Assembly: GCA_044226015.1 (NCBI GenBank)
Contig: JBGAHS010000002.1
Coordinates: 593,571-657,570, forward strand
From: Candidatus Obscuribacteraceae bacterium
GTDB taxonomy: Bacteria > Cyanobacteriota > Vampirovibrionia > Obscuribacterales > Obscuribacteraceae
DNA: 64,000 nt
Direction of reading: 5' to 3'
Part shown: positions 30,140 through 39,551 of the stretch, piece after piece
How the letters are laid out: each line of letters begins with the position of its first letter
How positions within the stretch are numbered: the first letter of the stretch is position 1
Made by a program: the position numbers and the translations under genes
Notes under the pieces: generated by a model
The model's input: the letters and a program-made list of their open reading frames with translations, nothing else
The model's database searches: none
Told to the model about the DNA's origin: nothing

Positions 30140-31423
30140 ATGACCGCAGCCAAAACAGTGGAACGCCCGGCAATGGAGTGTGAAACTGAGCAATTTTTGA
30201 TGGTGCAAAGACAACTCGACGAAATTGCGTTGGAGATGGGTCTCGATCCCGAACTTCACGAGCGACTTCGCTATCCGAAGCGCGCTCTGATTGTCACTGT
30301 TCCAGTTCGCATGGACAACGGAAGCATCCAGACTTTTACCGGGTATCGCGTACACCATGACGTAACTCTTGGACCAGCTAAAGGCGGAATTCGCTTCCAT
30401 CCAGAAGTCAGCCTTGGTGAGGTGTCTGCACTAGCAACTTTGATGACCTGGAAGTGCGCGCTGATGGGGCTTCCTTACGGTGGAGCCAAAGGCGGCATCA
30501 GATGCCAACCATGGAGTCTTTCGACCACAGAGAAGGAAAGACTTACCCGCCGGTACACTTCTGAAATCATTTCACTCATCGGACCAGACAAAGACATTCC
30601 AGCTCCGGACATGTACACCAATGAACAAACCATGGCTTGGATCATGGACACCTACTCAATCAACGTCGGTCACTCAGTGCCCTCAGTCGTCACCGGAAAA
30701 CCTCTGTCGATCGGTGGTTCGCTGGGCCGTCACGAAGCCACAGGTCGCGGCGTAGCGTACTGCGTCAAACGTGCAGTAGAGTTCACGGGATTGAAAACAG
30801 AATCCCCGAGCGTGGTAGTTCAGGGATTCGGCAACGTGGGAGCTATAGCAGCCCGCTTGCTCCACGAGTCCGGCTACAAAATCGTCGCTGTTTCTGACGT
30901 TTACGGCGGCATCTACAACAAAGACGGACTGGACATTCCTCGCCTGCAAGCATGGTTGAGCGAAATGGGCAAAGTCTCTGGCTTCCGCAACTCAGAAGAC
31001 ATTAGCAATAGCGAACTTCTCGAACTTCCATGCGATGTGTTGATTCCAGCTGCACTGGGTCACCAAATTCTTGAGCACAACGCAGCGAAACTAAACTGCA
31101 AAATCATCGTAGAGGGCGCAAACGGACCAACCAGTCCTGAAGCAGACATGATTTTGCACGAGAAGGGAGTACTGGTTGTTCCGGACATTCTGGCAAACGC
31201 CGGCGGTGTGACCGTAAGCTACTTCGAGTGGGTACAGGGCTTGATGCACCTGTTCTGGACCGAAGACGAGGTCAATCAGAAATTGGAACAAATTATGGGT
31301 CGCGCATGCGATCAGGTCTTCGAAATGACCAAAAAGACAGGGTTGCGTCCCAGAATGTCGGCACTACGCATTGGCATCGGCAGACTGGCAGAAGCTAAGA
31401 AATTGCGTGGGCTCTACCCCTAA
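30140..31423 (+). CDS. gdhA: Glu/Leu/Phe/Val dehydrogenase (glutamate dehydrogenase)
   Basis: GPAKGGIRFHP, GGAKGG, DIPAPD, GFGNVG, EGANGP, VSYFEWVQ; AGGAGG ribosome-binding site before ATG at 30140. Confidence 0.93.
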   Translation: MTAAKTVERPAMECETEQFLMVQRQLDEIALEMGLDPELHERLRYPKRALIVTVPVRMDNGSIQTFTGYRVHHDVTLGPAKGGIRFHPEVSLGEVSALATLMTWKCALMGLPYGGAKGGIRCQPWSLSTTEKERLTRRYTSEIISLIGPDKDIPAPDMYTNEQTMAWIMDTYSINVGHSVPSVVTGKPLSIGGSLGRHEATGRGVAYCVKRAVEFTGLKTESPSVVVQGFGNVGAIAARLLHESGYKIVAVSDVYGGIYNKDGLDIPRLQAWLSEMGKVSGFRNSEDISNSELLELPCDVLIPAALGHQILEHNAAKLNCKIIVEGANGPTSPEADMILHEKGVLVVPDILANAGGVTVSYFEWVQGLMHLFWTEDEVNQKLEQIMGRACDQVFEMTKKTGLRPRMSALRIGIGRLAEAKKLRGLYP

Positions 31424-31440
31424 AACCAAGAAAAATGGCA

Positions 31441-31470
31441 AAAACGGACTCGAAAGAGTCCGTTTTTTTT
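31441..31470 (+). terminator. Rho-independent terminator after gdhA
   Basis: AAAACGGACTC-GAAA-GAGTCCGTTTTTTTT perfect stem with T-tract. Confidence 0.9.
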
Positions 31471-31600
31471 CGGACCCCGCCCGCTTTGAGAGACCTGTCT
31501 TATGGGTCCCTGTGAGTATTCCCTTACGGGGACCTTGTTTTTCGGGGACCTCGCTTTACGGACCTTGTTTTGTGGGGTCATCACCTATTTTGAGGATACC
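31471..31600. repeat. Degenerate ~14-16-bp tandem repeats around GGACC
   Basis: CGGGGACCTTGTTTTT (31527), CGGGGACCTCGCTTTA (31543), CGGACCTTGTTTTG (31559), plus weaker flanking copies. Confidence 0.55.
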
Positions 31601-31926
31601 CTGCTTGCTGAAATGTTCAGATGTGAACACAACTATCAGACCTCGGGTTGTCAATCGCGTTTTATGCAGCTGATAAAAGCGGCAAGACGCCAAGTTGATA
31701 AGGTCTGTTGAGCGATTGTCAGAAAAATCGCGATTTTTACCAGATCAGGCGAAAGACAGTCCACAAGCCGCTCGCACGAAGTTTTCAACAATTAAAGACA
31801 CTGTTTATTTGCCCAATTTTTAGGACGGAGGCTTAGTTCTCGGCGTTATGTGGCACAGAATAGGTGTTCAGATCAACTAGGCTAAGCTTTATCAGCCAAG
31901 CCCAGCCGTGCGAGATTATCGGACAA

Positions 31927-33453
31927 ATGTACCGTCCAAAACAAGCTCCGCAACAACCGGAAAAACCGCAAACGCAGAGGTTGGCCAAGGCGCCGACCCC
32001 TCCTTCCGTGCGCGATCTGGAGTTTGCTTATCAAGAAGCTTTCAAGAAAAAGGTCATTATTGAGATACCTTGGGGCGTAGAGCAGGGTCCTTCCTATGTC
32101 GTTACGGTCATCACGGCTGCCGAGACAGTCTGGACCATGTTCGAAGGTGATAGCCCAAACGAAAATCCCATCTGGAAACATGCATCGAATGACGTGGGTT
32201 TGATTCAGAGCCTGATAGATCAGGTCTGCCCCGACGAAGTAGCAGCGCCGGCTCCGACCCAGGTTGCCAACGCCGTCATCACAGGCAACCACCCTGTGGC
32301 AATGGCACCAGCAGACCTCACAAAGGCGACTTTCCAGGGACGACTGGAAAACATGGCCATGCCAACACTGATTCAGTCCATCCAGATGTCCAAGATGTCT
32401 GGGCGCTTGCAGCTTTTTGACCAGGGGCAGACGGCTCAAATTTACTTTTTTGATGGAAACCCAGTACATGCTTCCAACACCGATGGCATCGGGGACAATG
32501 CCGTAGTCGAAATCATGACCTGGGAGCAGGGAGAGTTTCGTTTTTTCCCTGACGAACAGACTGAAGATCGCACCGTAAAACGTCGAGTGGACGGCATGAT
32601 CATGGAAGGCATCACATTGCTTGACCAGATCAAATTCCTGCAAAACCAAGGATTAAAACCAGACTCCTTCCTGGTTCGGAAGGAAGCGAGAATCACACCC
32701 GAGGAATTTAAGACCCGAGTCTCACGTGGCGCCCCCCTCGATATTGGCTCTCAGATGGCCATGTACGAACTTTGTGACGGACGCTCGCGCTGGCAAGATT
32801 TGCTGACACGCAAACCCATGGGTAGAACCGAGTGGGTGCCGCTCATGTTTAACCTTGCAAGCTGCGGACTGATTAGCATTCAAGACCAATCTCCATTTGG
32901 GGCACGCGCACAGGGCTTGCCCGGACAGGATATCGACCGAGCCATGATTGCAGGGGTGGTGAAAAATCTTGTTCGCCCGGAAACGGGTCTCTTCAATTAC
33001 CCTGCGCTGCTTTTCTTTATTGAGCGGGAGTTTTCAAAGTCGATGGCCTTCGGCATGCCCCTCTCTTTGATCGTTTTTGAATCGCGCATCATCCTCGGAG
33101 GCGATAACACCCCGCAGCCCCTGCCGATTCCAGCACTCAAAGAAATCGCGAACCGGGTAGAAGGCATGAAGCGCCCCTTCGACATTCTGGCGCATTACGA
33201 GACTTTTGATTTCGCACTTCTGCTCCCAGGTGCCACAGCAAAATCGGCAAGAATGTTCGCGCACAAGGTTGCCGAGTCTTTAATGAACGTGCCATTGATG
33301 CAAGGGCAGACACAGAGATTGCTGTTGGCTGGCGGTATTGCTAGCACTCCAGAAGACACCCAAGATATTGGCAGATTTTTGGCAGCCGCGAGAGAGGCAA
33401 AAAACAAGGCCAAAGAGGCTCGCGTACCCCTGAAATCCTTTGCTGAGCTGTAG
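31927..33453 (+). CDS. DUF4388 (PATAN-like) domain + degenerate GGDEF domain protein
   Basis: FQGRLENMAMPTLIQSIQMSKMSGRL...IYFFDGNPVHA...WEQGEFRF; PETGLFNY...LAHYETFDFALLLP. Start taken at MYRPK. Confidence 0.8.
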   Translation: MYRPKQAPQQPEKPQTQRLAKAPTPPSVRDLEFAYQEAFKKKVIIEIPWGVEQGPSYVVTVITAAETVWTMFEGDSPNENPIWKHASNDVGLIQSLIDQVCPDEVAAPAPTQVANAVITGNHPVAMAPADLTKATFQGRLENMAMPTLIQSIQMSKMSGRLQLFDQGQTAQIYFFDGNPVHASNTDGIGDNAVVEIMTWEQGEFRFFPDEQTEDRTVKRRVDGMIMEGITLLDQIKFLQNQGLKPDSFLVRKEARITPEEFKTRVSRGAPLDIGSQMAMYELCDGRSRWQDLLTRKPMGRTEWVPLMFNLASCGLISIQDQSPFGARAQGLPGQDIDRAMIAGVVKNLVRPETGLFNYPALLFFIEREFSKSMAFGMPLSLIVFESRIILGGDNTPQPLPIPALKEIANRVEGMKRPFDILAHYETFDFALLLPGATAKSARMFAHKVAESLMNVPLMQGQTQRLLLAGGIASTPEDTQDIGRFLAAAREAKNKAKEARVPLKSFAEL

Positions 33454-33470
33454 TTCATGATTAAATCTGC

Positions 33471-33499
33471 TTGACATTGACAAGTGGTAGACGCATTAT
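33471..33499 (+). promoter_or_regulatory. Candidate sigma70 promoter for the 33626-35906 operon
   Basis: TTGACA (33471-33476), 17-bp spacer, CATTAT (33494-33499). Confidence 0.45.
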
Positions 33500-33625
33500 T
33501 GGAGCAAGGAACGGAAGGGTATGGTCTCAGCTACAAGCTCTCAGTGAGTGGCTAAGACTGCATCCTATCTTGCTCACCACCACATATTCGGTTTGGCAAT
33601 TTCTGTCGAAAAGGACAGCAGTTAA

Positions 33626-34291
33626 ATGTCTCAATGGCAATATGGAGACGGCTTTGGCGCAGTTTCACACCAATCAAATGGTGAAATGATGCAAAGTTGG
33701 AATCAAGAAAAGAATAATCTAAGAGCGCAAGCAGAAGCATGGGGTGCAACACCTCAAGCTAGCTCATTTCACTATGACGCCATGTCTCAGTACTGGCGAC
33801 ACGCTACGACGCCCGCCAACGCAGCGGCGGTAGTCGAGGCCCCACCTCTGGCACTGCGCTTCGAGCCGAACAAAGAGGAAGAAGCGCCCCTGGCGACTCG
33901 CGTAGAACTAGGGCATCACGACAGAGCAGAAAGTCTTCTCCGCAACGACGCGAAAGAGAACTTGTTCGCTGCAGCAAAAGATCAACCAAGCACACCGCTG
34001 AGTCGAATATACGACATACTCGACGTTCACAGCGCATCATCCAGATGGCTCGAACAACGAGGTTATCTCGAGGCTTTCAAGTCGCCCAATTGCACTCTCG
34101 ACCTCACTTTTGGAACTGACGGTAGCAAAGTCGGCGCCGTAGTGACAGCACCAGATGGATCGAAACGAACAGTTGTAGCAGCTGATGGCGGGGTTTCATT
34201 TCAGCGACTCACCGCTGCAAACGGGCAAGAACTGGTGAAGTTTTTGTCGAGCGGACAGATCGTAGAGCTGAACGCAAAGCACGTAGGGTAA
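33626..34291 (+). CDS. Hypothetical protein
   Basis: 221-aa ORF with an AAGGA site upstream; stop overlaps the next start (TAATG). No family recognised. Confidence 0.6.
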   Translation: MSQWQYGDGFGAVSHQSNGEMMQSWNQEKNNLRAQAEAWGATPQASSFHYDAMSQYWRHATTPANAAAVVEAPPLALRFEPNKEEEAPLATRVELGHHDRAESLLRNDAKENLFAAAKDQPSTPLSRIYDILDVHSASSRWLEQRGYLEAFKSPNCTLDLTFGTDGSKVGAVVTAPDGSKRTVVAADGGVSFQRLTAANGQELVKFLSSGQIVELNAKHVG

Positions 34292-35343
34292 TGCGCCGAC
34301 TTTTTTTCTGGGCTACAACGGCTATCTTAGCCTTCTTGTTCTACATCACAACTATTCGAGCTTCAGAGGCCGAAGCTGAGAAGGTTAAGCTAGAAGGCGT
34401 CTATTTCTTTGGCTATGAAGGCTTCAATATCAACGACCTTAGACAAACGTTTAGCTTAAAGAAAGGGACAATAGTCGATCTAAATGAATGGTTTCCGAAG
34501 AGAGTAAATGAGCTCAAGGCAGAAATCAAAACGATCACTGGAGCAGCAGCCACCGATATAGCCCTTATTCACACGGAGGAGGGGCAAATATTGTTCGTTG
34601 GAATTCCAGGTAAATCAAACTCTAAGCCTTCCGAACGAAACGCCATAGGCACAAAAGCTGTTGCCACTCCGGTTGAGATCAAGAGTGCATACGACCGAAT
34701 GATAGAGTTGCTCCCAAAAGCTGTAGCAAGGAAAACAAAAGAAGACGTCGAACAATTTGATGCTGCAAAAAATGAACTGAGAAGGCTATCTAGAGCGAAA
34801 CGCCCAGAGTTACTCGCAGCCTTAGACTCCTCAGAAAGCATAGACCGCGTTGTGGCAAGTTATGCGATAGGATTGGTGGCCGAAAAGCCAGAGGAATTAA
34901 ACGCCCTGGTGAGACTCTCCAACGATTCAGACAGCGTTGTCAGAAACAACTCGGCCCGAGAGCTAAGCGAGCTTCTGCAAGACCATCCAGAACTCGCTAA
35001 AGACATACCGGCATCCCCATTCATCACGATGTTGAATTCACCGACATGGACAGACAGAAACAAATCCGTATTTGTTCTAGAAAGACTCACACGCTCGCGG
35101 AGACCAGTCGTCCTGAAGGAAATGAGCGACAGAGCCCTTCCGTCGCTGAAAGAAATGTGCGATTGGCCGAGCGGATATTCAGAAACTGCAATTGAGTTGC
35201 TCGGGCGAATCGCTGGAATTCCAGAAGACCAACTGCTACAGATGTGCCAGAGGAATGACTCCAGTGCAGTAAAGAAGGCACTAGATTCCGCATTAGAAAA
35301 ACCGCCACATCATTCAAGCGCGAAAGAGGCAAGACAGAGATGA
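34291..35343 (+). CDS. Exported HEAT-repeat protein
   Basis: Signal peptide; HEAT-like DRVVASYAIG, DSDSVVRNNSAREL, TWTDRNKSVFVL. Confidence 0.7.
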   Translation: MRRLFFWATTAILAFLFYITTIRASEAEAEKVKLEGVYFFGYEGFNINDLRQTFSLKKGTIVDLNEWFPKRVNELKAEIKTITGAAATDIALIHTEEGQILFVGIPGKSNSKPSERNAIGTKAVATPVEIKSAYDRMIELLPKAVARKTKEDVEQFDAAKNELRRLSRAKRPELLAALDSSESIDRVVASYAIGLVAEKPEELNALVRLSNDSDSVVRNNSARELSELLQDHPELAKDIPASPFITMLNSPTWTDRNKSVFVLERLTRSRRPVVLKEMSDRALPSLKEMCDWPSGYSETAIELLGRIAGIPEDQLLQMCQRNDSSAVKKALDSALEKPPHHSSAKEARQR

Positions 35344-35906
35344 GCGAGCAACTTGGCACCATAAGCGACACCATTATCTCAATTACGCAGGGAGATATAA
35401 CAAAAGAAGAAATAGACGCAATCGTAAACGCGGCTAATTCAAGCCTTCTGGGTGGGGGAGGAGTCGACGGAGCCATCCATCGCGCCGGTGGTCCGCAGAT
35501 ACTTGAAGAGTGCAAAAAAATCAGGGCGGCACAGGGATCATGCGCAGCAGGCAAAGCAGTCACCACATCTGGTGGCAAACTCAAAGCAAAATGGGTAATA
35601 CACACGGTCGGTCCTGTCTGGCGGGGAGGCAACTCCAATGAACACATATTGCTCACCAACTGCTACAAAAATAGCCTTACAAGAGCAGTTGAGTCCGGAG
35701 CCAAATCAATAGCTTTTCCCTCAATTAGCACAGGTGCCTACGGATACCCGGTTGAAGAAGCATCGAAAGTGGCTGTAAAAGCCGTTGTCGAATTCATAAA
35801 AGAGCAGCCTGGGAAGCTTGGCGAGATTCGCTTTGTACTTTTCGACAACAAAAGCTTTGGCACATACAAAACAGAAGTGCAGTCCATAATGACTGCTGAG
35901 GCTTGA
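35340..35906 (+). CDS. Macrodomain O-acetyl-ADP-ribose deacetylase / ADP-ribosylhydrolase (YmdB-like)
   Basis: GDIT, AIVNAANSSLLGGGGVDGAIHRAGG, HTVGP, AFPSISTGAYGYP. Confidence 0.93.
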   Translation: MSEQLGTISDTIISITQGDITKEEIDAIVNAANSSLLGGGGVDGAIHRAGGPQILEECKKIRAAQGSCAAGKAVTTSGGKLKAKWVIHTVGPVWRGGNSNEHILLTNCYKNSLTRAVESGAKSIAFPSISTGAYGYPVEEASKVAVKAVVEFIKEQPGKLGEIRFVLFDNKSFGTYKTEVQSIMTAEA

Positions 35907-36184
35907 CACTGCTTTGAAAGGTTTCAACCCGAAATGGATTGTTCTGGCTGACTCAATCCATCGCTTCAACGCACCTTTTTGTTTGCTCTTTAGTTGCTTC
36001 ATTCTGTTTGGCGTCCGGCAGCGCAAATCTTGCACCAGGACTTCTGACAATACAAAAGATTTACCTGTCTTAGTGAATCAACGCGAATTCAAGCAACTAA
36101 GTAACTTTTCGGCTATGATTGCGCCTTCAACAAAGGTAGATGCGTGCGCTAGCATGCATCAGGCATGTCGAGGGGAAGAAAATT

Positions 36185-38911
36185 ATGCTGCAAGGGTTTA
36201 AGAAAAGCGTGCAGATTAATGCGACAAGAAAGAATCTTGCAATCAAAGTTAGTTCGCTGCTCATATTGAGCAATTCAATCAGCTCTTACTTTCCTACATA
36301 CGCTGCAGAGAGCACAGTAAGCAGCAGAGGTGATGTAAGCACTGCCAGTTCAGCTTCTCCTTACCGCTTGCCCACTAGCATCGTTCCAACAAAATACGAC
36401 TTGGAGTTTTCACCCGACCCTGCCGCTGGAAAGTTCACAGGCACTGCCGACATTGAATTGGACTTCAAAAAAGCGAACAAAGTCATTTTGATGAACACAA
36501 ATGACATGCAAATCTCCAGTGCATTTCTTGTAGACCCGAAGAGCAAGGAAAAGACTCCGCTGCAAGTCTCACAGGACAAGAAACTTGAACGAATTAGTTT
36601 CACCGCAGGCAAAGAAATAGCACCGGGTAAACATCATTTGCAATGTGAATTTTCTGGCAACCTGAACGACAAGCTAGTTGGATTTTACCGTTCTACATTC
36701 AAAGATTCATCGGGTAAAATCCATTACCTTGCCACCACACAAATGGAACCGACCGACGCCAGGCGCATGTTTCCTTGCTTTGATGAGCCAGCATTCAAAG
36801 CTGTGTTTAAGATAAAAGTCAAAACCGACAAAAACAACACAGCAATTTCGAATGCGGCGATGCTGAAAGAAACTGTCGAAGGCGACAAAAAAATAATAGA
36901 GTTCGAAGAGAGCAAACCCATGTCTAGCTATCTCGTGGCTCTTTGCGTAGGTGAGTTTAAGTCGACCGAGCCAGTTGAATCAGAAGGCATTCCCATTCGC
37001 GTATGGTCCGTACAACACGACCCAGCCATGGGAAATTATGCACGCGACAACGCAGCGAAACTTTTGAAATATTTGAACGCATACTTTGGCGCTCCCTATC
37101 CCTGGAAGAAACTTGACCTCATCGCCATACCAGACTTCCAGGCAGGAGCAATGGAAAACCCAGGCGCCATCACGTTCAGAGAGAAGTTTTTGTTAGCAGA
37201 CGAAAAAGATTCTGCCTTGAGTACAAAACAAGATATCGTCAGCATTATCGCTCATGAAATGGCGCATCTCTGGTTTGGAGACCTGGTGACAATGAAGTGG
37301 TGGGACGATATCTGGCTTAACGAAGCGTTTGCTACCTGGATGGCCGACAAAGCGACCAACAATGTGAAACCGGAGTGGAAGATCATTGAACAGTTCTTCA
37401 GCAAGAGACAAAGAGCTCTTCTCACAGACTCTCTGCATTCAACTCGTTCAATTCAAGCACCAGTTGAGAAACCGGAAGATGCTCATCAGATGTTCGATGA
37501 AATCACCTACGTTAAAGGTGCAGCAGTGCTCCGAATGCTGGAGTTTTTCCTTGGCGAGAAAACATTTCAGAATGGCGTGAGCGCTTATATCAAGCAGCAT
37601 TCATTTGGAAACGCTAGCACAAACGACCTTTGGTCTGCGCTAGATAAAGCTTCCGGAAAACGCGTCAAGTCAATCATGGACACATGGTGCAAACAACCAG
37701 GTTACCCGTTAATCAAGGTTAGTTCCAACAATGGCACATTCAATCTAGAACAAGAGCGCTTCTTCCTCGACGGCAGCAAGCCAAGTTCGCAGATTTGGCA
37801 AATTCCGTTAGGAACAAGAACACTCGCAAAGGCAGAAAAGGACTCAGAGCAAATAGTTCCAAAATACAATCTTCTGGACTCAAAAAATTCCAGCTTAAAA
37901 GCGGCAGAATCGAATACTTTCATCAATGCCGGCGGGCTTGGTTTTTACAGAACAAAGTATTCTGCTGACCTTGATCAGAAACTGAAAAATCAGATCGTAA
38001 TGATGAACTCAATCGAACGACTTTCCTTCCTTAGCGACCACGCCGCACTGTGTTTGGCAGGTAAGCTACCGGTTGGACAGCTGATGGAAGTCTTGAAGGC
38101 TTACAAATCCGAAACGAATTTTGTGGTGTGGGATTGCATTATTGATTCATTGCGAAAACTAGACCGATACATCACTGCAGAAGGTCGCCCCGGGTTCGCA
38201 AAATTTGTGCGCTTCCTTCTAAGTGATGAATACAAACGACTTGGCTGGGAATCTCATTCGGGAGAGCCAGAACCACTGAAGCTGGTCAGAGGGAACGTCA
38301 TCTCAATGCTAGGAACAATCGGTGAAGACACTGAAGTTATTGAAAAATCTCGCAAGGTATTCAACGATTACGCAAAAGACCCAGCAAGTACAAACCCGGA
38401 CGTTCTTGATGCGGCTGTTCATGTAGTGGCATACAACGGAACGCAAAAGGACTTCGACGAATTAAAACAGCTCTGGAAAAAAGCCGACAACCCGGAAAGA
38501 GAGCACCGAAACCTATTCGCACTCGCTTCTTTCAGGAAACCGGAATTGACCAAATCAGCTCTTGAGCTAACCTTGAGTAAAGAGGTTCGTATCCAGGACG
38601 CTCCAAAACTCCTTGCAGAGTTTTTCGACGACAGCACGACAAAGTTAGCAGCATGGTCATTCATGCGCAGTCACTGGCAACAAATAAAGAAAACATTTGC
38701 CCCAAGCATGTTGGCACGCCTGTCCGATGCTCCATCAAGTCTAGCAACCAGCGAGAACCTCAAGGAAGCAAACGCGTTTTTCAGTAGCAATAAGATTCCC
38801 GACGGGACGGCAAACATCAACAGAATGCTCGAAAAGGTAAAAATCAATAGCCAGTTTGCCGATCGCTCGGCCAAAGAGTTAAACACGTGGGCTAAGAAGT
38901 TCAATCAATAG
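36185..38911 (+). CDS. M1 family aminopeptidase (PepN/ERAP1-like), probably exported
   Basis: GAMEN, HEMAH...NEAFA zinc motif, YVKGA; GAGGGG ribosome-binding site before ATG at 36185. Confidence 0.93.
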   Translation: MLQGFKKSVQINATRKNLAIKVSSLLILSNSISSYFPTYAAESTVSSRGDVSTASSASPYRLPTSIVPTKYDLEFSPDPAAGKFTGTADIELDFKKANKVILMNTNDMQISSAFLVDPKSKEKTPLQVSQDKKLERISFTAGKEIAPGKHHLQCEFSGNLNDKLVGFYRSTFKDSSGKIHYLATTQMEPTDARRMFPCFDEPAFKAVFKIKVKTDKNNTAISNAAMLKETVEGDKKIIEFEESKPMSSYLVALCVGEFKSTEPVESEGIPIRVWSVQHDPAMGNYARDNAAKLLKYLNAYFGAPYPWKKLDLIAIPDFQAGAMENPGAITFREKFLLADEKDSALSTKQDIVSIIAHEMAHLWFGDLVTMKWWDDIWLNEAFATWMADKATNNVKPEWKIIEQFFSKRQRALLTDSLHSTRSIQAPVEKPEDAHQMFDEITYVKGAAVLRMLEFFLGEKTFQNGVSAYIKQHSFGNASTNDLWSALDKASGKRVKSIMDTWCKQPGYPLIKVSSNNGTFNLEQERFFLDGSKPSSQIWQIPLGTRTLAKAEKDSEQIVPKYNLLDSKNSSLKAAESNTFINAGGLGFYRTKYSADLDQKLKNQIVMMNSIERLSFLSDHAALCLAGKLPVGQLMEVLKAYKSETNFVVWDCIIDSLRKLDRYITAEGRPGFAKFVRFLLSDEYKRLGWESHSGEPEPLKLVRGNVISMLGTIGEDTEVIEKSRKVFNDYAKDPASTNPDVLDAAVHVVAYNGTQKDFDELKQLWKKADNPEREHRNLFALASFRKPELTKSALELTLSKEVRIQDAPKLLAEFFDDSTTKLAAWSFMRSHWQQIKKTFAPSMLARLSDAPSSLATSENLKEANAFFSSNKIPDGTANINRMLEKVKINSQFADRSAKELNTWAKKFNQ

Positions 38912-38958
38912 ATTCAACAAGCAGGAAATGAGTTAAGGGACATAAGACTGATGTCTAC

Positions 38959-39085
38959 CAGTGGCGGCAACCAGAGACGGCAACCAAAGCTGAATCTAGG
39001 GGCAGCACCCAGAGGCGGCAACAGTGGCGGCAACCAGAGCCGAATCTAGAGGCAGCACCCTGACGCGGCGACCATAGGCAGAAAT
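38959..39085. repeat. Degenerate tandem array of about ten 12-13-bp units, consensus CAGAGGCGGCAAC
   Basis: Units at 38959, 38972, 38985, 38997, 39010, 39022, 39035, 39047, 39060, 39073. Confidence 0.75.
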
Positions 39086-39234
39086 TAGTTGCTGCCAACC
39101 ACCCGGGAGTCCTGTCCCATATAGCTTTCCGGCATTTAATCATTTCGTCTGCAAAATTCAGGAACCAATTTTAAATTGGTTCGCCTAATTCCACGTGAGA
39201 GGCAGTTATCAAGAAAGGAATTGAGGATAGGTCC

Positions 39235-39393
39235 ATGGATAGCAAAGAAACAACAGTCAAAGCTGAGGTCAAAAAGACGGTGGAACTGGATTTGGCTCGC
39301 AACGCAAAAAACAACACTGTTTCTATGCAGAAGCCAACGTGCAAAGACGGTGTTTGCTCAATAACATGGAAGCCGATTAAACCGGCTGCTTAA
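39235..39393 (+). CDS. Small protein (52 aa) with C-terminal CxxGxC-x3-WKP motif
   Basis: Manual translation MDSKETTVKAEVKKTVELDLARNAKNNTVSMQKPTCKDGVCSITWKPIKPAA; GAGGA upstream; below the ORF-track length cutoff. Confidence 0.6.
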   Translation: MDSKETTVKAEVKKTVELDLARNAKNNTVSMQKPTCKDGVCSITWKPIKPAA

Positions 39394-39408
39394 GCTGAAT
39401 CTCAACAG

Positions 39409-39548
39409 GTTTGGCGATCTCATTTTCGACAAAACGAACTCAACGTGAATAAGTGGTTCGGGCGATAAGTAAGCATTATGCTAGAGGACTTTCCTCGGAA
39501 ATGAAATGATGCAGACAATGCGCAAACGAAAATGAGATCGTCATCAAA
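39409..39548. ncRNA. Candidate structured RNA (long closing stem plus two internal hairpins)
   Basis: Perfect 14-bp inverted repeat 39415-39428/39527-39540 enclosing CGAAC/GTTCG, GCATTAT/ATGATGC and GAGG/CCTC helices. No family recognised. Confidence 0.4.
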
Positions 39549-39551
39549 GCT

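Noticed and set aside
31882..32649. Long antisense ORFs (255 aa here; also 35087-35659 and 26279-26761)
   Set aside because: They are shadows of well-supported opposite-strand genes and carry no motifs.
39484..39497. RNase P RNA signature GAGGAAAGTCC on the minus strand
   Set aside because: It forms a local hairpin here, and I found no matching distal P4/CR-V sequence.
39409..39548. 5S rRNA-like words (TTTGGCG, CGAACTCA..GTGAA, GCGAT..GTA)
   Set aside because: Spacing from the 5' end to CGAAC is too short, 5S helices II/III cannot be formed, and there is no rRNA operon context.
39405..39550. Hammerhead ribozyme or retron msr-msd
   Set aside because: The minus strand has TTGATGA-stem-CCAAAC rather than CTGATGA-stem-GAAA, and there is no reverse transcriptase in the window.
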